From: an uncultured Candidatus Saccharibacteria bacterium
Lineage (GTDB): Bacteria > Patescibacteriota > Minisyncoccia > Phycocordibacterales > UBA9973
Assembly (NCBI GenBank): GCA_964390875.1
Contig: CAYMIO010000001.1
Coordinates: 49,875 to 105,003 of the forward strand
Direction of reading: 5' to 3'
Length of the DNA: 55,129 nucleotides
Made by a program: the position numbers and the translations under genes. This document shows positions 1 to 9,144 of the stretch, piece after piece (the first letter of the stretch is position 1; each line of letters begins with the position of its first letter). Below the pieces are notes generated by a model, which did not search any database, had not been told where the DNA came from, and was given only the letters and a program-made list of their open reading frames with translations.

Positions 1-67
1 CCCGACCACTTCGTCCACACAAACTTTTCACAGCATTCATAAAAGCAGCTAGTAAGAAAAGATAACT

Positions 68-871
68 ATGAAAAAGGGTATTTGGATTAGTAGTATTGTC
101 GTCCTGCTTATGGCTGGTGCTCTTGTGTTTTGGAAAATCTATTTAAAGAAAACAGGTATTGCTACAGACGGAGAGTATCCCAAATGTGGTGGTAAGATTT
201 CCCCGTACTGTAAAGATATAGGGACATCGAGAAGTATTCACATTTCGCCAGGTTTATATCGTGTCTTTGAAGGTAGTTCTTATACTATTTTTGATGGAAT
301 ACTTAAAGATAAAAACGGAGGTATCCTTGTTGATTTTGGTCCTGAATTTCGTGATACACAATGTCCACCACTGAGTGGGGGTTCAACTTCCGTTCGTCAG
401 TACTTTGATGACAATCATTTAGTTGTTTTATTTAGCTGTAAGCCTTTTTACCAACTCTCGTATGGTATTCCTCCTCCGTATGGAATTACTCATATAGCAC
501 TCGTAAATATTAGTGATAAAAAAGTAGTTGGATGGAATATGTCTACTTTTTTAGAGTCAGAACCGCGCAAAAATTACACCCTATCGCTTCCTATAGATGA
601 ACGGCATGTCTTGGCCATTGAATATAGTCCTGAAGTTCAGTTTCAAACAAAAAGAGATGTTTTCTTTGGACTCTACAATCTATCGACTGATTCTTTTATT
701 CGTTTAGAAGAACTTCCGAGAGGTTTATACTACCAGGATATAAATTCTATAAAGAAAAAAGAAGACGGAAAAAGCGCACTTGTTTCAACATCTCAAAGTT
801 CTTCTTTTGTTGTTGATTTGGAAACCTTCAAGATTTCGGACGTAAAGATTAACCCAAAACTGCAGTATTAA
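68..871 (+). CDS. hypothetical membrane-anchored protein
   Basis: 267-aa ORF. The N-terminus (GIWISSIVVLLMAGALVFW) is a single hydrophobic helix. No catalytic motif recognised. Confidence 0.55.
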   Translation: MKKGIWISSIVVLLMAGALVFWKIYLKKTGIATDGEYPKCGGKISPYCKDIGTSRSIHISPGLYRVFEGSSYTIFDGILKDKNGGILVDFGPEFRDTQCPPLSGGSTSVRQYFDDNHLVVLFSCKPFYQLSYGIPPPYGITHIALVNISDKKVVGWNMSTFLESEPRKNYTLSLPIDERHVLAIEYSPEVQFQTKRDVFFGLYNLSTDSFIRLEELPRGLYYQDINSIKKKEDGKSALVSTSQSSSFVVDLETFKISDVKINPKLQY

Positions 872-1899
872 ATAGTTTCTTCTTCCTTTTCGAATCCCGT
901 TCTGTAGATGGAAACCAACACATAGAGGAAGCTCATCGCGAGCGGGCCGATGAGGATACCGACTGGACCAAGGAGCGAGATTCCGCCGAGCACTGCGAAG
1001 AGGATGAGAAGCGGTGGTACTTTCAGTTTACTGCCGACGATGTATGGATTGAGAAGGTTGTCCACCATACCTACCAGTGCCGCCGCCCAGATTCCAAAAC
1101 CGATAGCGTTGGCTGTTTCTCCTGTTGCAAGAAGAAACAGGATTACCGGTACCGCTACTATTGCGGTGCCGATGCTTGGGATGAGCGACGCAATACCCGC
1201 GAGTACTCCAAAGAGTGCAGGATTCGGTACATTAAAAATTGCCATTCCCACTCCCGAAAGGATTCCTTGCGCCACTGCGATGAGAAGGTATCCTTTGATA
1301 ACGCCATTCACTGCTGCTTTGATTTTTTCAAAAATCTTGTTGTCAGCCATGTTGGGAAGTGGTGAGAGTTTCACCAACGACTTCTTCCATTCACTGCCGT
1401 CTTTGAGGAAATAGAATATGGCGAGAATCATGAGAAGGAATCCGAATATCGTGCTGAGTGTTGCGCTGAAAAATGTGGCGACATTGCTCGAAACAAACGT
1501 CACCAGCTCGGCGAGTTTGTCGTGAATATCAAATTCAAATCCTGGGGGAAGTACCGATTCCACTGACCGGCCAATGGTATCGAGGAATGGTCCAGCACTG
1601 CTGCTGTTGGTGATTGACTGGTACACACTCTCTGACTGTTTAAAGACAAGTACTCCTATACCAAAGAGCGGCCCCGCAAGCACGATGATGAAAAAGAGTG
1701 TCGTGAGAAGTGCTGCAATCCATTCGCGACCCTTGGTGACTTTGCTGCGGAGCCACGTGTGGATAGGGTGGAGCACAATAGCGAACGACGCGCCGAGGAT
1801 GAGAGTGGTAAAGAAGGGGCTGAGGATCACGCCTGCAAATATGAAGGCGCCAATCAAAAGAACAAGAAAAAAGTATTTACCGATGTGTTGAGATTGCAT
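868..1899 (-). CDS. AI-2E family transporter (PerM/YhhT-like permease)
   Basis: 343-aa polytopic membrane ORF. Overall layout and the C-terminal GxxGxxxGP-type glycine-rich helices are typical of the UPF0118/AI-2E family. Its 3' end overlaps the convergent upstream gene by 4 nt. Confidence 0.8.
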   Translation of the reverse strand: MQSQHIGKYFFLVLLIGAFIFAGVILSPFFTTLILGASFAIVLHPIHTWLRSKVTKGREWIAALLTTLFFIIVLAGPLFGIGVLVFKQSESVYQSITNSSSAGPFLDTIGRSVESVLPPGFEFDIHDKLAELVTFVSSNVATFFSATLSTIFGFLLMILAIFYFLKDGSEWKKSLVKLSPLPNMADNKIFEKIKAAVNGVIKGYLLIAVAQGILSGVGMAIFNVPNPALFGVLAGIASLIPSIGTAIVAVPVILFLLATGETANAIGFGIWAAALVGMVDNLLNPYIVGSKLKVPPLLILFAVLGGISLLGPVGILIGPLAMSFLYVLVSIYRTGFEKEEETI

Positions 1900-2083
1900 G
1901 CAATCAGTATATCACGCGTAAACATCGAAACCGCCTAGAAGGGCGGTTTCTCGGAGGCCGAAGCCAACAATATTCCTACTATACTATTTTCTTTAAACGT
2001 AAACAACAAGGGGTATTATTGCCTTGAAAAAGAGGTGTATTTAGGGTATAGTAACCCCGTTATTGCACAGCGCTCTAACATAT

Positions 2084-2154
2084 TGCCGGATCGTCTAATG
2101 GTAGGACTACTGCCTCTGGAGCAGTGTATCTTGGTTCGAATCCAGGTCCGGCAG
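2084..2154 (+). tRNA. tRNA-Gln (anticodon CUG)
   Basis: Manual cloverleaf: acceptor TGCCGGA/TCCGGCA, D arm GTCT-AATGGTA-GGAC, anticodon arm ACTGC-CTCTGGA-GCAGT (CTG), T arm CTTGG-TTCGAAT-CCAGG, discriminator G. CCA is not encoded. Confidence 0.85.
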
Positions 2155-2250
2155 CAGTCTAGTTTAGTATCGAAGGACCCAAAGGGGTCAGATACTAACA
2201 AGATATCTATTCCGTCATTGCATACCTGCTGAGAGCAGTATCCAGAACGA

Positions 2251-2285
2251 AAAGCCACCGGTAACTCGGTGGCTTTTCGTTTTCG
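2251..2285 (+). terminator. rho-independent terminator after the tRNA trailer
   Basis: AAAGCCACCG-gtaact-CGGTGGCTTT followed by a T-rich run. Confidence 0.7.
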
Positions 2286-2307
2286 TTAAAAATATTATAA
2301 TTACTGC

Positions 2308-2853
2308 ATGCAAGAAGTTTTGTGTAAAAACAAAAATGATCTTTGGAATTGGCTCAAAAAACACCATACTCAGAAAGATAGTGTTTGGCTTGTCTACTAT
2401 AAGCCGAGTCTCAAGTTGGGAGATTTAGATAAACAATCAATCGTAGATTACTGCCTCTGCTTTGGTTGGGTAGATAGTGTCGTCGGCAAAATGGACGATA
2501 CGAAAACAAAGATCCGTATTTCTCCTAGAAGCCCAAAGAGTAAGTGGAGTAAGGTCAATAAAAATAATATTAAGAGGCTTATCAAAGAGGGAAAAATGCA
2601 GCCCTCAGGACTAGCTGTAGTGAAAGCTGCTAAAAAGTCAGGTATGTGGAATGCATTGAATGACGTTGAGAATCTTGTTGTCCCAAAAGATCTTGAGGTT
2701 GAGCTTAAAAAACATTCACTTCAAAAACAGTGGGAATCACTCAGTAGAAGTAATAAGCGAATGTATTTAGAAACATTGCTTAATTCAAAGAAGGACGAGA
2801 CAAGACAAAGGAATATCAAAAAAGTAATCGAAACCCTTCAGTTAGCTAGGTAA
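2308..2853 (+). CDS. YdeI/OmpD-associated family protein
   Basis: 181 aa. The pattern WLVYYK...CFGWVDS...ISPRSPKSKWSKVNKxNIxxLIxxGxM is typical of the YdeI family. TATAAT sits 6 nt upstream of the ATG. Confidence 0.7.
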   Translation: MQEVLCKNKNDLWNWLKKHHTQKDSVWLVYYKPSLKLGDLDKQSIVDYCLCFGWVDSVVGKMDDTKTKIRISPRSPKSKWSKVNKNNIKRLIKEGKMQPSGLAVVKAAKKSGMWNALNDVENLVVPKDLEVELKKHSLQKQWESLSRSNKRMYLETLLNSKKDETRQRNIKKVIETLQLAR

Positions 2854-3008
2854 ATAACTTTTTCTTTAATGCTGATCTTGCTCTTTAGGCACTGAATCAG
2901 GTCGCGCTTTTCGAAGAGTGATCCGTGGCTCAGTAGGTACTTCGCGTAGTTACGAATGTCAGCATCTTTAGCACTGTATTCCGCAGCGGGTTTCCCCATG
3001 ATTCCTGA

Positions 3009-3299
3009 GTGGAACTTTTTGTTTCGTTCGTCCGCAACTACACATATGACGTAAGTGGAATGCTGAAGTCGCTTGATGCTGGTATTCTTGCTGGCGCAGG
3101 GATCGATTGTGACCCCGAAGCGCCATACGATACTACGAATGAGTTTTATCAGAAATGTCTTAATCACGGCAAAGTCCTCGTGACTCCGCACATCGCTTTT
3201 GCAACCAAAGAAGCAAGTGCGAATGGACGAGAAAAAGCAATTCAAAATATTGAAGCGTATTTGAAAGGTGAGCCGCAGAATGTGTTGATGAAGGTGTAG
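3009..3299 (+). pseudogene. C-terminal remnant of a D-isomer-specific 2-hydroxyacid dehydrogenase
   Basis: The 96-aa ORF carries only the C-terminal family signature (LDAGILAGAGIDCDPEAP...VLVTPHIAFATKEA...). The NAD-binding and catalytic N-terminal ~230 aa are absent, and the surrounding 2854-3470 has no intact gene. Confidence 0.55.
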
Positions 3300-3471
3300 T
3301 TTGTATGTAGGGGGAGTTTCCGGACAGATTTCTAAAGTAAATATGCTAAATCGGGTAACCTTCGACACGTGGAAGGACGCAAACTGCATGCTCATTAGAC
3401 GAAAAAACCGGTAAACCAGCCAACATGGTTCTCGGTAATAGTAATTTGAATCGAGTGGTATAATACGTTTT

Positions 3472-5199
3472 ATGAATGCTGAACACAGAAATTGTCAGAA
3501 TTGCCAAAAAGGCTTTACCGTTGAACCTGACGACTTTTCGTTTTATGAAAAAATGAAAGTCCCTCCACCAACATGGTGTCCTGAATGCAGAATGCAACGT
3601 AGACTCGCATGGAGAAATGAGCGTAACTTGTTTCGTAGAAAAGATGCGCATACAGGCGCTGATTCTTTTTCTGGTATTCCCGCTGAAGCGAATATTCAGA
3701 CATACGAAACCACCTATTGGTATGGTGACGAATGGGAAGCAACTGAGTATGGTGTTGACTATGACTTTTCTCGACCATTCTTTGAACAATTTCAAGAACT
3801 TCTTTCTCGTGTGCCTATCATGGCAAAGTCTTCCGCTGGTTTTATGTTGAACTCGGATTATTGTAATGAAGCAGGAAGACTTAAGAATGCGTATCTTTGT
3901 TTTGATGCGGACTTTGTTGAGGATTCGGCCTATTTGGTAAAGGTAACGAATATAAAAAGTTCTTTTGACTCGCATGAAATTATCGATAGTGAACTTTGCT
4001 ACGAATGCGTCATGGTGTATGGATCGTACAGAACATTCTTTTCAGTTGATTGTGAAAGTTGTGTTGATGTGTGGTTCAGTAAAGGACTACGAGGCTGTAC
4101 GAATTGTTTTGGCTGCGTGAATCTTCGTGGTAAGTCATATTATTTTTTCAATGAACCACTTTCAAAAGAGGAATATGAAAAAAAGATGGAAGAATTAAAC
4201 CTGTCTTCTTTCCAGTCAATTTCAAATATAAGAAAACACATCTTTGATTTTTGGCAGAAGTTTCCGGTGAAGTACTATCATGGGAGTAGAACTGTCGGCT
4301 GTACCGGTGACAGAGTCAGTGACTCAAAGAACGTGAAAGATTCTTTCTCTGTTATTGATGGCGAGAATATGCGCTACATACAGATCAGTGTTCTTAAAGC
4401 TGCAAACTCGTATGACAGTACGCAACTTTTTATGAATATAGAAAATGCGTATGAGTGCATGACATGTGGTGACGGTGCCTATGGACTCAAGTATTGTTTC
4501 AACTCCTTTGGAGAAGTTCGCGACTTGGAATACTGCGGATATTGTTTCGGGTCATCAGACTGTTTCGGATGTATTTCACTTAAGAAAAAGAAATATTGTA
4601 TTTTAAACAAACAATACACAAAAGAAGAATACGAAGCTCTTGTGCCTAAAATAATTCAACACATGAACGACATGCCCTATGTCGACAAACAGAGAAGAGT
4701 CTATACGTACGGCCAGTTTTTCCCTTTTGAATTTTCCCCGCTTGCATACAACGAAAGCTTGGCGCAGGATTATATGCCGTTAACCAAAGAAGAGGCTCTT
4801 GAAAAGGGGCTTGTATGGCGTGAAGTTAGTGCGAAAGAATTTCAGACGACTATGCTGGGTGAGCATGTGCCGGACATGATTGATGATGTGTCTCAAGATA
4901 TTACAAAAGAGGTTATTGCCTGTGAAAAGTGTAAACGAGCATATCGTATTATTCCGATGGAGTTAGATTTCTATAAACGTATCAAACTTCCTCTTCCTCA
5001 TACGTGTCACAATTGTAGATTCTTAGAACGCTTTACATTTATTAATGAACCTAAACTGTATCACCGCTCTTGTATGTGTACGGAAGAAAGTCACAATCAC
5101 GCCGATAATACCTGTCTCAATGAATTTGAAACTTCGTACGCTCCTGACCGATCCGAAATAGTATATTGTGAGAACTGTTACCAACAAGAAGTCTTTTAA
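3472..5199 (+). CDS. cysteine-rich protein with zinc-ribbon modules at both termini
   Basis: 575 aa. N-terminal CQNCQKGFTVEPDDFSFYEKMKVPPPTWCPECR and C-terminal CEKCKRAYRIIPMELDFYKRIKLPLPHTCHNCR are clear internal duplicates. The middle carries repeated CxxC/CFGC motifs. An extended -10 (TGGTATAAT) lies 7 nt upstream of the ATG. Confidence 0.8.
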   Translation: MNAEHRNCQNCQKGFTVEPDDFSFYEKMKVPPPTWCPECRMQRRLAWRNERNLFRRKDAHTGADSFSGIPAEANIQTYETTYWYGDEWEATEYGVDYDFSRPFFEQFQELLSRVPIMAKSSAGFMLNSDYCNEAGRLKNAYLCFDADFVEDSAYLVKVTNIKSSFDSHEIIDSELCYECVMVYGSYRTFFSVDCESCVDVWFSKGLRGCTNCFGCVNLRGKSYYFFNEPLSKEEYEKKMEELNLSSFQSISNIRKHIFDFWQKFPVKYYHGSRTVGCTGDRVSDSKNVKDSFSVIDGENMRYIQISVLKAANSYDSTQLFMNIENAYECMTCGDGAYGLKYCFNSFGEVRDLEYCGYCFGSSDCFGCISLKKKKYCILNKQYTKEEYEALVPKIIQHMNDMPYVDKQRRVYTYGQFFPFEFSPLAYNESLAQDYMPLTKEEALEKGLVWREVSAKEFQTTMLGEHVPDMIDDVSQDITKEVIACEKCKRAYRIIPMELDFYKRIKLPLPHTCHNCRFLERFTFINEPKLYHRSCMCTEESHNHADNTCLNEFETSYAPDRSEIVYCENCYQQEVF

Positions 5200-5218
5200 T
5201 ATAAAGGCTTTTTTAACT

Positions 5219-5707
5219 ATGCCATCTATCAAAACCCCAGGTCTCACCGTTGCAGCATCGCGAAATGGAAGAGGGATTTTTACGACGCGTTCTTTTGCGG
5301 CAGGAGAAACGGTGTTTGAGGTAACAGGCAGGCTGATAACCTGCGACGAAGACGAAGATGTTGATGAAGAAACTCGCTCTAACACGTATCGCTACGATGA
5401 GAATCTCTACCTCAGTCCGAAAGGCCGTATTGGCGACTTTCTCAATCATTCCTGCAATCCCAATGCGCGAGTGGTGAAAGAAGGGAAGAACCTTTTTATA
5501 GAAGCAATACGAACGATCGCACAAGGGAAAGAAGTGTTGATAGATTATTCCACTATCACCGCATCCGACGATATTTGGAAAATGAAATGCAATTGTGGGA
5601 GCGCGAAGTGCCGAAAGAATATAGGAAGGTTTGTGTCCTTGCCAAAAGAGATCAAGAAAAAATATATAGAAAAAGAAATCGTCCCTGAGTATATACGTGC
5701 GATATGA
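5219..5707 (+). CDS. SET-domain protein-lysine N-methyltransferase
   Basis: Motifs GRGIFTTRSF, FLNHSCNPNA, EVLIDYS and a post-SET CNCGSAKC. The start is set at MPSIK (5219) to avoid overlap with the upstream stop. The ORF track begins at 5168. Confidence 0.85.
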   Translation: MPSIKTPGLTVAASRNGRGIFTTRSFAAGETVFEVTGRLITCDEDEDVDEETRSNTYRYDENLYLSPKGRIGDFLNHSCNPNARVVKEGKNLFIEAIRTIAQGKEVLIDYSTITASDDIWKMKCNCGSAKCRKNIGRFVSLPKEIKKKYIEKEIVPEYIRAI

Positions 5708-5743
5708 CCGAAAGCACACCCCAGCTCTTTTCCTTGCTAGGTT

Positions 5744-6703
5744 TTATCCTCGCATGACAATAACGACTGTGTAGAAGATATATAAGGCGATAAGTACGAT
5801 TCCTTCTATACGGCCGAGACTATGTCGTTTAAAGACAAACATGCTCACAAAGAGGATAATAGCCGCACCAACGGCAACCAGTACATCGAAATTCAAAATT
5901 GAAGCAAATGTAAGTGGCTTTATTACCGCGCTCAGACCAAGGATCCAGAAAATATTAAAAATATTTGAGCCGACGACGTTTCCAACCGCGATGTCAGAAT
6001 TTTTCTTGTACGCTGCCACTGCAGAAGTTGCAAGTTCAGGAAGCGATGTTCCTATAGCAACAATAGTAAGCCCAATGAGCGCTTGGCTTAAACCCAAGCT
6101 CACCGCGATGTGTGTAGCGCCGTCAACGATCCATTGCCCTCCGAGCACAAGTCCGACAAGTCCAAGAAGTATCATTCCAACTGATTTCCAACCGGAATGT
6201 ACCACTGAGTGTTCAGTAACCGAAGGCGTGTCTTTTTGTGTCCTTGCAATGCTAAATGTGTAGTACAAAAAAATAATGAAAAATGAGGTGAGTACTATTC
6301 CATCGATACGAGTGAGGATATTGGCGCTTGCGCCGTCGAAAAGAACGTCGTTTGCCATCACAAAAACAAGAAGTGCTGCAAGAAGACATAACGGGATCTC
6401 TTTCCAGACCGTTCCTTTTGTGACCGTGATCGGATAGATGACTGCGGTGACACCAAGTATAAAAAGCATATTGACGATGTTGCTCCCGATGATATTTCCG
6501 ATAGCGATATCAGTGGTCCCTTGTATTGAGGCGTAAAGATTCACAAAAAGTTCAGGTGCAGATGTGCCAAACGCAACAATAGTGAGACCAATTACCAGGT
6601 TTGATATATTGAATTTTCGAGCCACCGAAGATGCGCCGTCTACAAGAAGATCAGCTCCTTTGATAAGAAAGAAAAAACCAACGACGAGCAATATATATGT
6701 CAT
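5744..6703 (-). CDS. CaCA-family Na+/Ca2+ (cation/Ca2+) antiporter, YrbG-like
   Basis: 319 aa with about 10 TM helices and two alpha-repeats, GTSAPELFVN and GTSLPELATS. Confidence 0.9.
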   Translation of the reverse strand: MTYILLVVGFFFLIKGADLLVDGASSVARKFNISNLVIGLTIVAFGTSAPELFVNLYASIQGTTDIAIGNIIGSNIVNMLFILGVTAVIYPITVTKGTVWKEIPLCLLAALLVFVMANDVLFDGASANILTRIDGIVLTSFFIIFLYYTFSIARTQKDTPSVTEHSVVHSGWKSVGMILLGLVGLVLGGQWIVDGATHIAVSLGLSQALIGLTIVAIGTSLPELATSAVAAYKKNSDIAVGNVVGSNIFNIFWILGLSAVIKPLTFASILNFDVLVAVGAAIILFVSMFVFKRHSLGRIEGIVLIALYIFYTVVIVMRG

Positions 6704-6739
6704 GTCAGGATTCTATCATAGGCCGGCGATCGGGTCAGC

Positions 6740-7363
6740 TTATAGCGCCTTTTTTGAAGCCTTTCGTTTTTTGTGGCCCTTGTGTAATCGTCTGATCGCA
6801 AACACGATTCCTGTCACCACAAGTAATCCGAGGATAAGAATGAGTGATGCGTGTCCTCCGAGTATTTGAGCAAGAGCGTTTCCTCCATATACGCCGACAA
6901 ATGCCCATATGACAGAACCGATCCCGCTGTACAGCACATATCTTCGAAACCGTATGCCGCGCATGGCAGCAAGAATCGAGGGAGTAGAGCGAACGACGGG
7001 GATCAGTTTTCCAAAAATGACGACCACTGCAAGGTGTCTATCAAAAATATCCCACCCCTTTTTATTTTTTTCGCTTTCAATAAACTTTTTAAACCAGCGG
7101 TGATGTTTCAAGTATCGGCCTGCCAGAAAGCCGATCATGTCTCCCAAGAACGTACCTATTGCTATGACTACCACAGCCAGGAGTGGCTTCACGAAACCAC
7201 CCTCGGAAAGGCTTCCAATGAGGAGCGCTACGGTGCCTCCGGGGAACAGTGACCCAACTACTGGCACGCCTTCGATGAACGAGGAGAAAAATATCAGGAC
7301 ATAGCGAATGGCCTCAGGAACGCTGTAGAAGACGGCTGTAAGATTTTCTGTGATAGGCCCCAT
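6740..7363 (-). CDS. DedA/VTT-domain membrane protein
   Basis: FIEGVPVVGSLFPGG...GxxxGDxxGFxxGRY is typical of DedA. The start is set at MGPITEN (7363). The longer ORF to 7576 runs antisense into msrB. Confidence 0.8.
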   Translation of the reverse strand: MGPITENLTAVFYSVPEAIRYVLIFFSSFIEGVPVVGSLFPGGTVALLIGSLSEGGFVKPLLAVVVIAIGTFLGDMIGFLAGRYLKHHRWFKKFIESEKNKKGWDIFDRHLAVVVIFGKLIPVVRSTPSILAAMRGIRFRRYVLYSGIGSVIWAFVGVYGGNALAQILGGHASLILILGLLVVTGIVFAIRRLHKGHKKRKASKKAL

Positions 7364-7459
7364 GGTGCTCAGAGTATACCATCTTATGGAATAAGATGAG
7401 TCAGAGTCGGTTTCTTGATAGGTACAGCGAAGTGTTGCTTTAGGGTATATACTTACCAT

Positions 7460-7864
7460 ATGGCCACAAACACACCCCAGTCTGAAGAAGATTTTAAGAA
7501 AAAGCTCACACGAGAGCAGTATGAAGTGTTGCGAGAGAAAGGCACCGAAGCTCCTTTTTCCGGGAAACTCATTCATCCCAATGCTGATGGCTTTTATACG
7601 TGCGCGGCATGTGGAAACCCGCTTTTCAAAGCTGAGGCAAAGTTTGATTCAGGAACAGGCTGGCCAAGTTTCGACGAGGCGCTTCCGGGAGCTGTGAAAA
7701 ATATCGAGGACACGTCTCACGGAATGATGAGAACTGAAACAGTTTGTGCTGTCTGTGGTTCACACCTCGGACATGTCTTTGATGATGGTCCGACGTCGAC
7801 TGGAAAAAGGTACTGCATGAACTCAGTGTGCTTTGAAGATTTTAACGACAAAAATCATGAATAA
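7460..7864 (+). CDS. msrB: peptide-methionine (R)-S-oxide reductase
   Basis: CxxC...GWPSF...[17 protein letters not shown] motifs. TATACT lies 6 nt upstream of the ATG at 7460. Confidence 0.9.
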   Translation: MATNTPQSEEDFKKKLTREQYEVLREKGTEAPFSGKLIHPNADGFYTCAACGNPLFKAEAKFDSGTGWPSFDEALPGAVKNIEDTSHGMMRTETVCAVCGSHLGHVFDDGPTSTGKRYCMNSVCFEDFNDKNHE

Positions 7865-8354
7865 AAAAATAGTACTCGCGGGTGGATGTTTTTGGGGGCT
7901 TGAAGATTTGATCAGAACACAAAAAGGAGTTGTCTCTACCGAAGTCGGCTACACGGGTGGCACAAACGAAAACCCAACATATGAAAATCATCCAGGTCAT
8001 GCGGAAGCGGTGGAGATCGAGTATGACCCTACACAGACATCATATAAAAATCTCCTTGATTTCTTTTTTCAAATTCATAACCCCACAACGCTCAATCAGC
8101 AGGGAAATGACAGAGGTACGTCGTATCGCTCCGCTATCTTTTATGGCAACGATGAAGAAAAAAAAGAAGGAGAAGCGTTTATCAAAATAGTGAATGAATC
8201 GAAGCGGTGGAAAGATCCGGTGGTGACCACTCTGGAACCTTTGGGAGTCTTTTATCCAGCCGAAGGCTACCACCAAGACTATCTCCAAAAGAATCCCGGA
8301 GGCTACACGTGCCATGCCATATGGTTTGATAGTTACTTAAAACAGGACAGTTGA
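7857..8354 (+). CDS. msrA: peptide-methionine (S)-S-oxide reductase
   Basis: N-terminal GGCFWGLE active-site motif and HQDYLxKNP near the C-terminus. Overlaps the msrB stop by 8 nt. Ends in TGA at a natural family length. Confidence 0.9.
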   Translation: MNKKIVLAGGCFWGLEDLIRTQKGVVSTEVGYTGGTNENPTYENHPGHAEAVEIEYDPTQTSYKNLLDFFFQIHNPTTLNQQGNDRGTSYRSAIFYGNDEEKKEGEAFIKIVNESKRWKDPVVTTLEPLGVFYPAEGYHQDYLQKNPGGYTCHAIWFDSYLKQDS

Positions 8355-8419
8355 AATAAGAAGGTATGAGAGTTTTTGTGTAATTATAAGAATAGTATGA
8401 TGGAGGCGTAGTAAAGAAT

Positions 8420-8818
8420 ATGGAAAATACAATAAAACCACAACGCCTTTTCTGGGGAGTGAATCATGGAATGCCTCCCGGAGCGATAGTTGGTGAATTA
8501 GGGAGTGAATTTATTCCTTGGGATGTACTGAAGGAAGAATTGCAGGCGCGAGTATCGGAGTGTTCTCAGATCACTGAAAAGAATGCGCGCGTGCGACTGA
8601 ATGATCTTGATGGAAAGAAAGACTGGGTGATTGAAATAGTCGATCCGGTTGATACGGTTATCGGATCTATCTGGATAGGCGGCGATCCGGAAAATGAATG
8701 GGCTCAAGACGGCCTTGTGAGGATTGGAAAAGCGCATTCGCGCACGAGTCACGAAGTGTATCAAGTGATGCAGCGGTGGTCTGATGGGAGTTATGTGTCT
8801 GTTCTGTCTAGTAAGTAG
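8420..8818 (+). CDS. hypothetical protein
   Basis: 132-aa ORF in the gene-dense + strand run. No motif recognised. Confidence 0.45.
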   Translation: MENTIKPQRLFWGVNHGMPPGAIVGELGSEFIPWDVLKEELQARVSECSQITEKNARVRLNDLDGKKDWVIEIVDPVDTVIGSIWIGGDPENEWAQDGLVRIGKAHSRTSHEVYQVMQRWSDGSYVSVLSSK

Positions 8819-8825
8819 TTGTTTC

Positions 8826-9143
8826 ATGCAAACATTCAGTAACCGTGTTATAAAAATCGCACTTGAGATTCCTAAAGGAAAAGTTGCCACATATGGCGGC
8901 ATTTCGCGCGCCGCAGGTGGAGGAAGCATGGCATCGCGGAGTGTTACGGGAATTCTTGAAAAAGCATATAATAGCGGGGTTAAGAATATTCCGTTTCATC
9001 GCATCGTATATTCGGATGGACGAGTATGGATGAGTCCGAAGTATAAAAAGGAACGGATGACTCTGTATAAGCAAGAGGGAATTGAGATTGACACGAAAGG
9101 GAAGATTGTGAATTTTAGGGATATTGTTTTGGAGTTTAAATAA
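8826..9143 (+). CDS. MGMT-family DNA-binding protein lacking the acceptor cysteine (ATL-like)
   Basis: IPKGKVATYGxIS...NIPFHRIVYSDG. The canonical PCHRV has Phe in the Cys position. Start set at MQTFSNR. Confidence 0.7.
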   Translation: MQTFSNRVIKIALEIPKGKVATYGGISRAAGGGSMASRSVTGILEKAYNSGVKNIPFHRIVYSDGRVWMSPKYKKERMTLYKQEGIEIDTKGKIVNFRDIVLEFK

Positions 9144-9144
9144 A

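Noticed and set aside
1927-1950. Hairpin GAAACCGCC-tagaag-GGCGGTTTC upstream of the AI-2E transporter gene.
   Set aside because: It looks like a terminator stem, but no gene on either strand ends there and it has no flanking U-run. It is possibly a leftover or a regulatory stem, and there is not enough evidence to call it.
2155-2250. A nested hairpin (TAGTATC...GACCC-aaag-GGGTC...GATACTA) in the ~95-nt trailer between tRNA-Gln and its terminator, as a possible tRNA fragment or small RNA.
   Set aside because: It has no tRNA-like T or D arm features and cannot be classified by eye. It is probably just 3' trailer structure removed during processing.
2016-2258. ORFs 2016-2258(-) and 2035-2232(+).
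   Set aside because: They overlap the tRNA-Gln gene and its structured trailer. The tRNA cloverleaf explains the region better.
7857-7864. The msrB/msrA 8-nt overlap as a sign of a fused or frameshifted msrAB gene.
   Set aside because: Both ORFs are complete with their own start and stop. Overlapping msrB-msrA pairs are ordinary translational coupling.
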